From Myxococcota bacterium (GTDB taxonomy: Bacteria; Myxococcota_A; UBA9160; UBA4427): a stretch of 64,000 bases of DNA. The stretch lies in NCBI GenBank assembly GCA_965250285.1, contig OZ252299.1, positions 800,001-864,000 on the forward strand, given 5' to 3'. The stretch's first letter is position 1. Every line of letters begins with the position of its first letter. Under the pieces are notes generated by a model that was given only the letters and a program-made list of their open reading frames with translations, was not told where the DNA came from and did not search any database. Positions 39,384 through 48,245 of the stretch are shown here, piece by piece. Position numbers and translations under genes: made by a program.

Positions 39384-42170
39384 ATGCTGATTCCCCTCGC
39401 CGGCCATCGCGGGTCGTTCGTCGCATCGATCCTTCATCAGTCCAGGCTCATCCGTCTGGTCCCGATCCTGTTGGCGGCGTCCGTACTCTGGGCGGGCACG
39501 GCTCGCTCGCTCGAGGTGGGGCAGATTCTCGTCGCCGACCGCGGCGCGAACGCCGTGATCGAGATCGATCCAGTGACCGGCGATCAGAGTGTGATCGCGA
39601 GTGGGGCGCCCTTCCTGGCCCTCTCGGGTCTCACCTTCGACCGATTCCGTCGCGTCATCTATGTCACCGATCACGGTGGACCGGGGCAGGCGGCCGGGGT
39701 CTACCGCGTGGTGCCGGAGACGGGTGTGGTGACGCCGGTCGCCCTCGGCGGCAACTTCGTCCAGCCCGGATCGTTGGTCGTCGAGTCGACTCAGCAGTCG
39801 CTGATCGTGGCCGAGGGCATCCCGGGGCGGTTGATCCGCGTCAATCTCGTCAGCGGCGATCAGTCGATCGTGGCGTCACCGCCGGCGGCTTCGGGTCTCC
39901 TCTTCGCCGGCAGCTCGAACTACTACGTTTCGAAGACGTCGGGCATCGCCATCGAGCAGATCAACCTGAATGACCCTGCGAGCCCGGTGACCGTCGGCGC
40001 GGGGGGGAGCTTCTCTTCACCGACCGACATCGGTGGTCCCATCGCGGGTCTTCACTACGCCGCCGAGAACTCGGGCGGGTTCCTGATCGAGATCAACCTG
40101 CTCGGCTACAACCCGATGTTCCCCGACGCCAACCAGACGATCGTCGCGGCCAGCAACATCGTGACGCCCTTCGGTGTGATCCGCGAGAACGCCGAAAGCG
40201 TCGTTCTGACCGACCCGGGTGCCGTCGGCGGCGCGGGTGCGGTCATTCGCTACACGCCCGGCACCGGCATCGACGAGATCGTGACGAGCGGCGATCTCCT
40301 CTCGGATCCACGTGGCGTCGATGTGGTGCCTACCCAAACCGGTTGGGTCCTTCGCCCGGATGTCGTGCTCACGAACCCGACGACGGCGACCGTCAGCCGC
40401 TGGAACCAGGACGCCAACGTGCTGGAGACCATCTTCTCGGGCGCGCCTCTGGTGGAGCCCACCGGAGTCGCCGTCGATCCGGTCGACGGGACCATTCTCG
40501 TCGCCGACAGCGACGCGGGACCGGCCGGTTCGGGCGTGATCTTCGAGCTCGATCAGGCGGGGGGGATCTCGACCCTGACGGACGGCGGATTCCTGGTCGA
40601 TCCGGTGGACTTGGAGCTGGAGCCCGACGGCGACGTCGTGATCGCTGATCCCGGCGCTGCAGCGGTTCTCCACGTCGCTCGGGACAGCGGCGTGCAGACG
40701 AGCCTCGGGAGCCTCAACGGGGCTTCGGCCGTGACCGTGCGCATGGACGGCACCATCTACGCGGCCGGCACGTCGCCCATTCAGATCGTGCGATTCCCGG
40801 GCGGGGCAGGGCCGCCCGAAGTGGTGGCGGCCGACGGCAACCTGACCGGGCCGACGGGTCTCGTGCTCGACCCCGAAGGCCTCCTCGTGGTGCTCGACGC
40901 CTCGGGTCTCGTGCGCGTCGATCCCGACGCCTACTCGCCGATCGACGCGCTTGCGAACCAGACACCGATCACCGATGGCGGCGTCCCCACGCAGCCTGCG
41001 GCGATCGACATCGATGTGTCGAGCAACTACATCCTGGCTGATCCAGCTGGCAACGGCGCTTCGGGCGCTCTCGTGGCGGTCTCTCGCAATGGCGGAGGTA
41101 GCCTGCGCGAAGTCGATGGGACACTCGGCAACGTGACGGGGGTCGCCATGATGCGCCTGCTGCCGAGCCCCGACGACATTCTCGTGACACCCCTCAATCT
41201 GCGGCGCGTCGTTCGCGTCGATCCCGACAACGGATCACAGACGGTCGTCAGCAGCGAAGGATTCTTCGATCGCCTGACCGGCATCGCGATCCGCGACGAA
41301 CGAACCGCGTTCGTCACGGATAGCGACGCCGACCAGCTCCTTCTCGTCGACCTCGGCACTGGGCAACAGCGGGTGTTGGGGACGGCGAGCAGCGTCGGGC
41401 TCAACTCGAGCGACAGCCTCCTGCAGGACGTCGAGATCGGCCCCGACGGCACGGCTTGGGTGGTCGACGAACAGGACGGCAATCGCCTCGACCCCGACTT
41501 TCAGGGCCGCCTCTACCGCGTCGATCCCGTGACGCTGGCCTTTAGCCTGGAGATCACCGATCCCCTGCTCGGCGGCGCGCGTGGATTCACGATCGACGAC
41601 GCCGGCGAGCTCTGGATCGCGACGAGCATCTCGGGGATCGGGGTCAACGTCGACAAACTGTTGCGATACGACCCGAGCGGCACGGACGGCGTCGTGCAGG
41701 TGGCCTCGGGGTCTCCGCTGCTCGCGCCGGGCGACGTCTCCTTCATGCCGTCCGGGCCGTTCTCGGGTGCGCTCTTCGTTCCCGATGGAACGAATCTGCA
41801 TCAGGCGAGCCGCGACGACTTCTCGGTCACGGTGATCGATACGGGCGGCTTCATGACCAATCAAACCGATTCGGCCGTGGACAATCAGTTGAACATCATC
41901 ACCGTCGGGCGTGCCTCTCCTCACAACATCGTCCGGCACCGACTCATCGAGCCGCCGCAGGGGGCTGCGGGCACACCCACGAGCGTGGAACAGGATCTGA
42001 TCTCGCGGGGTCTCTTCATCAGCACCATGGCGGGCGTCGACGTCATGCCGGCGCCCGAGCCCGGCTTCGGCTCATCGTGGATGGCCGGGGGTCTGTTGCT
42101 GACGTTGTTGCGCCGCCGGCGAGTTCGGGGCGCGGCATCGGCCGGGGGCAAGCGCAGACTTCGCTTCTGA
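39384..42170 (+). CDS. Large beta-propeller (NHL-like repeat) PEP-CTERM protein
   Basis: Repeated units of the type P.G.A...DG.I.VAD and V.RVDP.TG.Q; signal peptide; C-terminus PAPEPGFGSSWMAGGLLLTLLRRRR. Confidence 0.8.
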   Translation: MLIPLAGHRGSFVASILHQSRLIRLVPILLAASVLWAGTARSLEVGQILVADRGANAVIEIDPVTGDQSVIASGAPFLALSGLTFDRFRRVIYVTDHGGPGQAAGVYRVVPETGVVTPVALGGNFVQPGSLVVESTQQSLIVAEGIPGRLIRVNLVSGDQSIVASPPAASGLLFAGSSNYYVSKTSGIAIEQINLNDPASPVTVGAGGSFSSPTDIGGPIAGLHYAAENSGGFLIEINLLGYNPMFPDANQTIVAASNIVTPFGVIRENAESVVLTDPGAVGGAGAVIRYTPGTGIDEIVTSGDLLSDPRGVDVVPTQTGWVLRPDVVLTNPTTATVSRWNQDANVLETIFSGAPLVEPTGVAVDPVDGTILVADSDAGPAGSGVIFELDQAGGISTLTDGGFLVDPVDLELEPDGDVVIADPGAAAVLHVARDSGVQTSLGSLNGASAVTVRMDGTIYAAGTSPIQIVRFPGGAGPPEVVAADGNLTGPTGLVLDPEGLLVVLDASGLVRVDPDAYSPIDALANQTPITDGGVPTQPAAIDIDVSSNYILADPAGNGASGALVAVSRNGGGSLREVDGTLGNVTGVAMMRLLPSPDDILVTPLNLRRVVRVDPDNGSQTVVSSEGFFDRLTGIAIRDERTAFVTDSDADQLLLVDLGTGQQRVLGTASSVGLNSSDSLLQDVEIGPDGTAWVVDEQDGNRLDPDFQGRLYRVDPVTLAFSLEITDPLLGGARGFTIDDAGELWIATSISGIGVNVDKLLRYDPSGTDGVVQVASGSPLLAPGDVSFMPSGPFSGALFVPDGTNLHQASRDDFSVTVIDTGGFMTNQTDSAVDNQLNIITVGRASPHNIVRHRLIEPPQGAAGTPTSVEQDLISRGLFISTMAGVDVMPAPEPGFGSSWMAGGLLLTLLRRRRVRGAASAGGKRRLRF

Positions 42171-42601
42171 CGCGGAGGTCGAGACCATCGCCGCGCCTCG
42201 ATTTGACTCTCCTTGTCCGGTCCCCGATCCCCGATCGTCGGCCTTCCCGTTCATTTCGTGTCCGATGTCTAGATCGGGCTGGTGCGACGGGCGAAGTCGG
42301 CCGCGAGACTCGCGCGAAGGTCAAGTTCAGCTTGAATCGCAGCGGTTGGCCGATGTCTGTGCCTATGACCCCGTTCGCGTCCGCCCCTCCGATCCGTCGC
42401 CCGTGCGAAGGGGCGAGTGCCGCGGCGCGCTCGTCTCAAGGATTGTCCCCGATGGGCGATCGCATCCGGCTCGTAGGCCGTTGTTGTTGCTTTCGTCCCG
42501 ATCTGTACAGATCGTCTCGCTGTCGACTGGCACACCCGACTCGAGAATCAATCGCCCACCTCTGGGCGTCTTCAGGCGCCGTGGGCGCGCTCGAAGCTGC
42601 G

Positions 42602-42643
42602 AGACGCGATTGCGTTGCATTTTCGCGTCGATCAAGACGCGAT
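42602..42643. promoter_or_regulatory. Candidate operator upstream of the Rhs-like operon
   Basis: Inverted repeat GACGCGA-N13-TCGCGTC (42603-42629) plus a direct repeat of AGACGCGAT (42602, 42635) in a 625-bp intergenic region. Confidence 0.3.
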
Positions 42644-42795
42644 CCACTTTGGAAACCGCATGACTGAACTCCACTTCGCATCTGCCTCGACCCCGATTGG
42701 CTTTGGGACCCTGCCTTTGCTTGCTACATGTCGCTTAGCGGCGCCCACTTTGGGTCGCCCGAGCCCAGTCCTTGCACCGCCAGAGGTCTCCATTC

Positions 42796-45700
42796 ATGAG
42801 TCGTCTGCAGTTTCTCCTAACCGTGGGCCTCGCCCTGCTCTGCGTCGCCGCCTTGGGCAGCGCCGGGAGCACCACGACAGCCACGTGCGATGGCGATACC
42901 TGCAAGGGTAGTCACAGCACCGTTCTTGCCATCGCCCACGACTACAACGACCCCGCGAACACGATTCTGTATCGCGTGACGCTGCCCGAGCAGGTGACCG
43001 GCACCGCCTTTGGTGACGGCACCAACGGCTTCTTCTACCGCACCTCGACCGACGGCGGGAGCACGTACTCGTCGATCGTGCCGTTCAACGGTATCGGCAT
43101 GAATGCCGCCGGTGCGCCCACGCTCAGGCCCTTCTCTTTCATCGTGAAGGCGCCCTCGACGGCTACGGCGCTCACCGTGGAGGCGTGCGTCAGCAACTAC
43201 TTGAGCGATGCGACCGGAGGCGCCGAGTGCAACAAGGTCCTCTGGTCGGACGATTACTCTGCGTTGCCGAGCCCGACGGTCGCCGCTTCGACCCTGCCGT
43301 CTTCGCTGGCGCTCGAATACTTGAGCAACTCGGTGACCGTTCGCAATAACGGTGTGTACGGGGCCCGGGTGCTGTTGAAGCCCAGTGCCACTGCCACGCT
43401 GACCGAGGCGCAGATCGAATGGCTCTACGACCATCTGGTCTTCCTGGACGCGAACAGCAACGTCTATACGAACGACGTCCTGGCCGATTCGACGGCGTCG
43501 CCGAGCTTTGCGGCGTTGAGCGTTGAGGAGGCGGCGCATCCGACGACGTCGGCGGGCACGACCTTCAACACCAAGTATGGGCAGATCGCGCAGCCGGTGA
43601 CTCCAAACGACCCGAGCGTGACGCCGAACCGCTACTTCTGGGTGTACAGCACCAATACGAGCAACGCGGGAAGCGGTCAGAGCGTTCCGATCTCGGTCGG
43701 TTGGTTGTACGACGCTTCAGCCGACTGCCCCGGGGCGCTCTCGGGCGACGACAACAGCAAGAGCTCGACCTGCGGCGTGCCGACGCCGCCGCCCTCCCAG
43801 GCCGCGAGCGATTGCCCGGATCCGGCGGCCGGCGACGGCAGCGGCGCCGCGAACTGCACTGACCCCGGCCAGTCGCAGGCCCAAGCGCCAGCGCCCGCAG
43901 CGACCCAGGCGCCTGCGCCCGCTCAGGCCAAAGCGCCGAGTTCATCGAACACCCCCGTGCCCGCGCCCGCCCTGGGCGCAAGCAATGCGGTTCTGGAGAT
44001 GACCGTGCTCGACGGCACGGGTGCCACGGTGCAGTCGCAGTCGCAGTACGCCGCTGGCACGCGCTACGTGCGGACCGTCAGCCTAGTGCCCACCGACACG
44101 AGCAATCTCTGTACGGCACCGGTGAACCCCCTCGCGGTGAACGATGTCAACGCCGTCAATCTGCCGAACTACGTAATCGACCGGAAGACCGCCTCGAGTC
44201 AGGACCCCTGGACGAAGGTGTTTCCGTCTGCGCTCTACTACTTGGAGCCCACAGGCTTCGGCAACTGCGATGGGGCCGAGGCACCGTTCTGCCAGCTGAC
44301 GAGCAGTTATACCGCCTACGTCCCCGGCTACGTCGATGAGAACGGCCTGGGGGGCAGCCTGAACGGCAATAGTACGAGTTCACCACTGCTGGGTTCGGCA
44401 AACGGCACGTTCAAGGTATTCGACCAGTACACGCTGAACGGTCTGGCCGAGGCCGGCACGAACACCCTCGTCTGGTTCGACAACTGTGGCTATGGCCATC
44501 TGTACGAAGATGAAAGTCTCTCCGGACGGCTGAAGCTGCCGCCGGGGGACAAGATCAGCTCGCTGCCGGTCTTCAACTACACGGTGACCAACAAACTCGA
44601 TGAGCCGATCGTGTTCGCCAAGGAGTGCTGCGCCAGCCTCTACCAGGAGAACGCCAACAACTGCACGCAGGAGCAGAATGGCCAGCTCACCAACTGCGCC
44701 TACGATCCGCCGCAGCAGATTGGCACCAGCGTCGCCGACCCTGAGCTCGCTGGGTCGGGTCTCTATGTGCCCGCGGGCGGCTCGGTCGAGTACAGCACGC
44801 TGTTCAGCGATGAGTTGACGACGGCCTACAGCGCGATCACAGGGCTGCCGCTCTTCGAGCTGCGACTCATGGCCGAGCGTTCGACGGTGCTTCCTGTTGC
44901 GGGTTCGGCGACGCTGTACGAATGCGTAGATCCGGCTCCGGCCGTTGCGCTGACTGGATCGGGCGCCAATTGGAGTCTCGAGATCGGTGCTGGCGGCACA
45001 GGTGCGTTGACCTGCGACGCCAGTGAGAATCCTCAGGGCCTGTGCCCATGGCCGATGTTCTACATCGCGGGCACCGGCGCGCTCGCGGGCTACACCACCT
45101 GTGCTCTCGGCACCCAAACCCGGAGCTCTCTCGTGTTGGATGTCGGGAGCTGGGCCGAAGAGGTCCTTAGCGACAGCCAGCCGGTCTGGGTCATGGCCTG
45201 GGGCGCTGCGGGGAGCGCGGGGACGAAAAAAGGCAGTGAAGACGGAGGCGCAGGTGGCTCTCCCGGGTTCGCCATCACGATGGTTGCGGGGTCGGATCTC
45301 AAGTCGGTTGACGGGCTCTATGCGTATCTCGGTTCCACGGACGGCAACAGCATGATCGGCGGCAGCTCTTCGATCCTCAGCAAGAAGCCGCTGACTGCGA
45401 TGAGTCCCCAGCAACGCGCGACCTCGACGCCCGGGGATGTGGCGTACGTCATCGCCGGCGGCGGCGGGGGCGGCGGTTCCGGAGCGAAAGACTTCGGGTC
45501 GCCGTTCTACGGGGGCGCGGGCGGCCGCGGGGGTGTTGCCTGCGCGAATGCATCGACGATGCCCAGCAGCCACGTGAGCGTGCAGGGCAGTGACGGGGCG
45601 CGTGCATGCCATCCCCCGGGAGACGGGGGGTGCAGCTCCGAATCGAAGTGCAACGGCGGCGATGGGGGCAACAGCAATGGCGCCGGCAATGCGGGCGGCG

Positions 45701-46425
45701 GCAACAGTGGCGGCCCCTCAGGCAGCGCCGGGATCGGTGGCTTCGGCGCGTACAACGGTTGGTTGATCAGCGGCAGTCTGGTTCCAGTCGGGACGCCGAT
45801 GGGCACGGGAGACGGCGGGGCCGAGTACAACTATGGGGGCAGCGGTGCCGGCGGCTACGGCGGCGGGGGCAGCGGTTCTTCGTGTAGCGGCTCAGGGGGT
45901 GCAGGTTCGGGCGGAGGCGGAGGCGGCAGCTTTGCCGCCGCGAACACCGCCCACGATCCCAACTTCCCCTCGACGACAAGCTGTACCGCACCCGCCGACT
46001 ACCACTCGGCCGTGGTGCTCGCCTATGCGGGCGAGGGAATCGCCCTGCCGGGTGCTCTTACGTCCTCGACCGACGAAACACCGACCGCTTGTCTGAGCGC
46101 ACCGAACGACCAGGGGTACGTTCTGAAGAGCGGTTCTGGTTGGTCGCTGTTCTGGCAGAGCGACGCCAATCTCGTCTTGCTCGATGAGAACGGGCTGCCC
46201 AAGTGGAGCACGGGCGCGGGCAAGAGCGGAGACACCCTGTGCTTCCAATCGGACGGCAATCTCGTGATCTACAGCGGCGGCAGCCCAAGGTGGGCCAGCG
46301 GTACGGGCGACGAAGGGCATGGTGGCAATGGCGGCCGGCGTCTCGCATTCAATGGGGCCTGCGAAGTTGCCGTCCTCGATCCGGACAGCAAGGTGCTCTG
46401 GTCGACCCAGACCAGCTGCGACTGA
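42796..46425 (+). CDS. Large secreted protein with Pro/Ala linker, glycine-rich region and C-terminal bulb-type (B) lectin domain
   Basis: Signal peptide MSRLQFLLTVGLALLCVAALGSAG; QAPAPA repeats; AWGAAG..GG.GG..IAGGGGGGG..GGGGGGSF Gly-rich block; WQSDANLVL and FQSDGNLVIY (QxDxNxVxY mannose-binding motif). Confidence 0.8.
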   Translation: MSRLQFLLTVGLALLCVAALGSAGSTTTATCDGDTCKGSHSTVLAIAHDYNDPANTILYRVTLPEQVTGTAFGDGTNGFFYRTSTDGGSTYSSIVPFNGIGMNAAGAPTLRPFSFIVKAPSTATALTVEACVSNYLSDATGGAECNKVLWSDDYSALPSPTVAASTLPSSLALEYLSNSVTVRNNGVYGARVLLKPSATATLTEAQIEWLYDHLVFLDANSNVYTNDVLADSTASPSFAALSVEEAAHPTTSAGTTFNTKYGQIAQPVTPNDPSVTPNRYFWVYSTNTSNAGSGQSVPISVGWLYDASADCPGALSGDDNSKSSTCGVPTPPPSQAASDCPDPAAGDGSGAANCTDPGQSQAQAPAPAATQAPAPAQAKAPSSSNTPVPAPALGASNAVLEMTVLDGTGATVQSQSQYAAGTRYVRTVSLVPTDTSNLCTAPVNPLAVNDVNAVNLPNYVIDRKTASSQDPWTKVFPSALYYLEPTGFGNCDGAEAPFCQLTSSYTAYVPGYVDENGLGGSLNGNSTSSPLLGSANGTFKVFDQYTLNGLAEAGTNTLVWFDNCGYGHLYEDESLSGRLKLPPGDKISSLPVFNYTVTNKLDEPIVFAKECCASLYQENANNCTQEQNGQLTNCAYDPPQQIGTSVADPELAGSGLYVPAGGSVEYSTLFSDELTTAYSAITGLPLFELRLMAERSTVLPVAGSATLYECVDPAPAVALTGSGANWSLEIGAGGTGALTCDASENPQGLCPWPMFYIAGTGALAGYTTCALGTQTRSSLVLDVGSWAEEVLSDSQPVWVMAWGAAGSAGTKKGSEDGGAGGSPGFAITMVAGSDLKSVDGLYAYLGSTDGNSMIGGSSSILSKKPLTAMSPQQRATSTPGDVAYVIAGGGGGGGSGAKDFGSPFYGGAGGRGGVACANASTMPSSHVSVQGSDGARACHPPGDGGCSSESKCNGGDGGNSNGAGNAGGGNSGGPSGSAGIGGFGAYNGWLISGSLVPVGTPMGTGDGGAEYNYGGSGAGGYGGGGSGSSCSGSGGAGSGGGGGGSFAAANTAHDPNFPSTTSCTAPADYHSAVVLAYAGEGIALPGALTSSTDETPTACLSAPNDQGYVLKSGSGWSLFWQSDANLVLLDENGLPKWSTGAGKSGDTLCFQSDGNLVIYSGGSPRWASGTGDEGHGGNGGRRLAFNGACEVAVLDPDSKVLWSTQTSCD

Positions 46426-46445
46426 GCCGAACGAGGAGAGTCGCG

Positions 46446-48245
46446 ATGCAGCGTGGATTTCGACTTCGCGGGTCGGGCATGGCGCTGGCACTCTGGGGTT
46501 TGTGCTGCGTGGTCACTCCCGCCTGGTCCGGTACGACGACGACGGAGTACACGTACAACGGCGACGGTGCGTTGACGTCGATGACGGTGACGCAAGAGGG
46601 CGGAACGCCCGAGACGACGTACCTCACGTGGGACAACTTCACGCCGGACGCGAGCAATCCCTCGACCGGAACGCTCAAACAAGGCAATGGCCGACTGGTC
46701 GGGATGGGCCCACAGCCGGGGGCCGCGTCGACGTTCGAGTTCGACGTGCGCGATCGTCTGACGTCGCAGGGCGCTGGTGCGACGGCACAGAGCTACGGCT
46801 ACCACGCGAACAGTCTGCTCGCGACGTCCGAGCTGGGCGATCAATCGCGGACGTTCTACCAGGGCAGCGGCCAGCATCCGGTGATGCTCAATGTGGTCGA
46901 AAGCGGCGACGGCGAAACGCGTCGCTCCGCGCGGCTTGGGGCAGGGCGCTACCTGTCAGATGGCACCGAGCAGGTGCTGATCGATCCTCGCAAGGACACC
47001 GAAGGGGTGTACTCGCCGGCCGACGGGACGCTGTCGAGTCGCACCTACGATCCGTTCGGCGCCCAGGCCGAAGAGACGCCGGCGACGGAATACGACCTTG
47101 CGGACAACCCGTTCCAGTACGCGGGGGAGTACCGCGATCCGGTATGGGGCGGCGTCTACCTGCGAGCCCGCTGGTACGACCCGAACCTGGCGCAGTTCAT
47201 CTCTAGAGATCCGATGCCGCACCTGAACCCGTACGCGTACGGGGGTGGCAACCCGGTGATGCGCGTCGATCCGGGGGGCATGAGCTTCATCCATGACCTC
47301 GCGAAGGCCGACGAGTGGATGAACCAAGGCGTGGGGGGCCACTTCGCGCGAATCTTTCTCTCGCCGGCCATGGCGATCCTGGCCATTGGCGCCGATCCCG
47401 GCGGTTTCTGGCAACAGATCAAACACAACAAGGCCGGGATCGACATCTTTCTCGGTGCCGCCGTGGTCGTCGAAGCCGCATCGATTGGACTCGAAGGCTT
47501 TGGGTTGTCGGAGACCGTGCGCACGCTCGGTCCCAGGACGCGCTTCGGCACGCGGCTTCTCATCGACAATGGGTTGAACGTGGGTCAGAGCGTCGCGGTC
47601 GGCTACGACCGTGGTCACGGCCAATTCGACTGGTCGGCGTTCGTGAACGCCAATGAGATGTCGGGCGGTTGGGAAGCCTTGAGCAGGGGTGTCTTCGGCA
47701 TGGGCTACCACCCGTACGCGATGAAGGGGGAGGACGTGGCCCAGATGCTCAAGGGTATGCGGGGCGGGATGTTCGGCGAAACGACCGACGACTCCGTCTT
47801 GATCTTCCGCACTCGTGAGCCGTACGCGCCCTGGAAGCTCAAAGGGACGAGTCCGCTAGCCGAGGCACTTGAGCTCGGCAACTACCATGAGAGAATCGTT
47901 GCGATCGCGAGCGACTTCTCCGAGCACAATGAGCTCGATACGTATCCGATGGACGACGGGACGATCCTGGCCGAGAAGAACGTCATGCACAAGGACGGAT
48001 GGCCGGACGACTATCTGCAGCGGAGGAGCAGGATGCGATACCAGTACGTCGGCAAGATGTCGAGGCAGGATTTTCTCGCGAGCGGGTTCACCGATCTGAA
48101 CCCGCGCGAGCTCTTGCTCGGCGGTGGAGGGATCGACGTCAACAACAACAATCTTCCGGTGCAGGATTCGTGGCGGTACAACCGTCTTCGGAACAACTGC
48201 CACAACCATGCACAGGCCGTACTCAAGCTGTTGAACGTCGAATGA
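46446..48245 (+). CDS. Secreted short Rhs-core protein 1 with a ~321-aa C-terminal cargo
   Basis: GAGGAG RBS; signal peptide ending PAWS; YDPFG, FQYAGEYRD, YLRARWYDP..QFISRDP, NPYAYGGGNPVMRVDPGG core; C-terminal YH...NNCH. Confidence 0.88.
   Translation: MQRGFRLRGSGMALALWGLCCVVTPAWSGTTTTEYTYNGDGALTSMTVTQEGGTPETTYLTWDNFTPDASNPSTGTLKQGNGRLVGMGPQPGAASTFEFDVRDRLTSQGAGATAQSYGYHANSLLATSELGDQSRTFYQGSGQHPVMLNVVESGDGETRRSARLGAGRYLSDGTEQVLIDPRKDTEGVYSPADGTLSSRTYDPFGAQAEETPATEYDLADNPFQYAGEYRDPVWGGVYLRARWYDPNLAQFISRDPMPHLNPYAYGGGNPVMRVDPGGMSFIHDLAKADEWMNQGVGGHFARIFLSPAMAILAIGADPGGFWQQIKHNKAGIDIFLGAAVVVEAASIGLEGFGLSETVRTLGPRTRFGTRLLIDNGLNVGQSVAVGYDRGHGQFDWSAFVNANEMSGGWEALSRGVFGMGYHPYAMKGEDVAQMLKGMRGGMFGETTDDSVLIFRTREPYAPWKLKGTSPLAEALELGNYHERIVAIASDFSEHNELDTYPMDDGTILAEKNVMHKDGWPDDYLQRRSRMRYQYVGKMSRQDFLASGFTDLNPRELLLGGGGIDVNNNNLPVQDSWRYNRLRNNCHNHAQAVLKLLNVE
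46516..47283 (+). repeat. 768-bp near-identical direct repeat, copy 1
   Basis: Matches 48303-49070 (offset 1787). Differences seen at 46694, 47012, 47129 and 47264, all synonymous. Confidence 0.95.

Noticed and set aside
48237..48245. Same 9-mer GTCGAATGA at the Rhs gene junction as in the 8138 tandem repeat
   Set aside because: A single short match built from common codons (Val-Glu-stop); probably coincidence.
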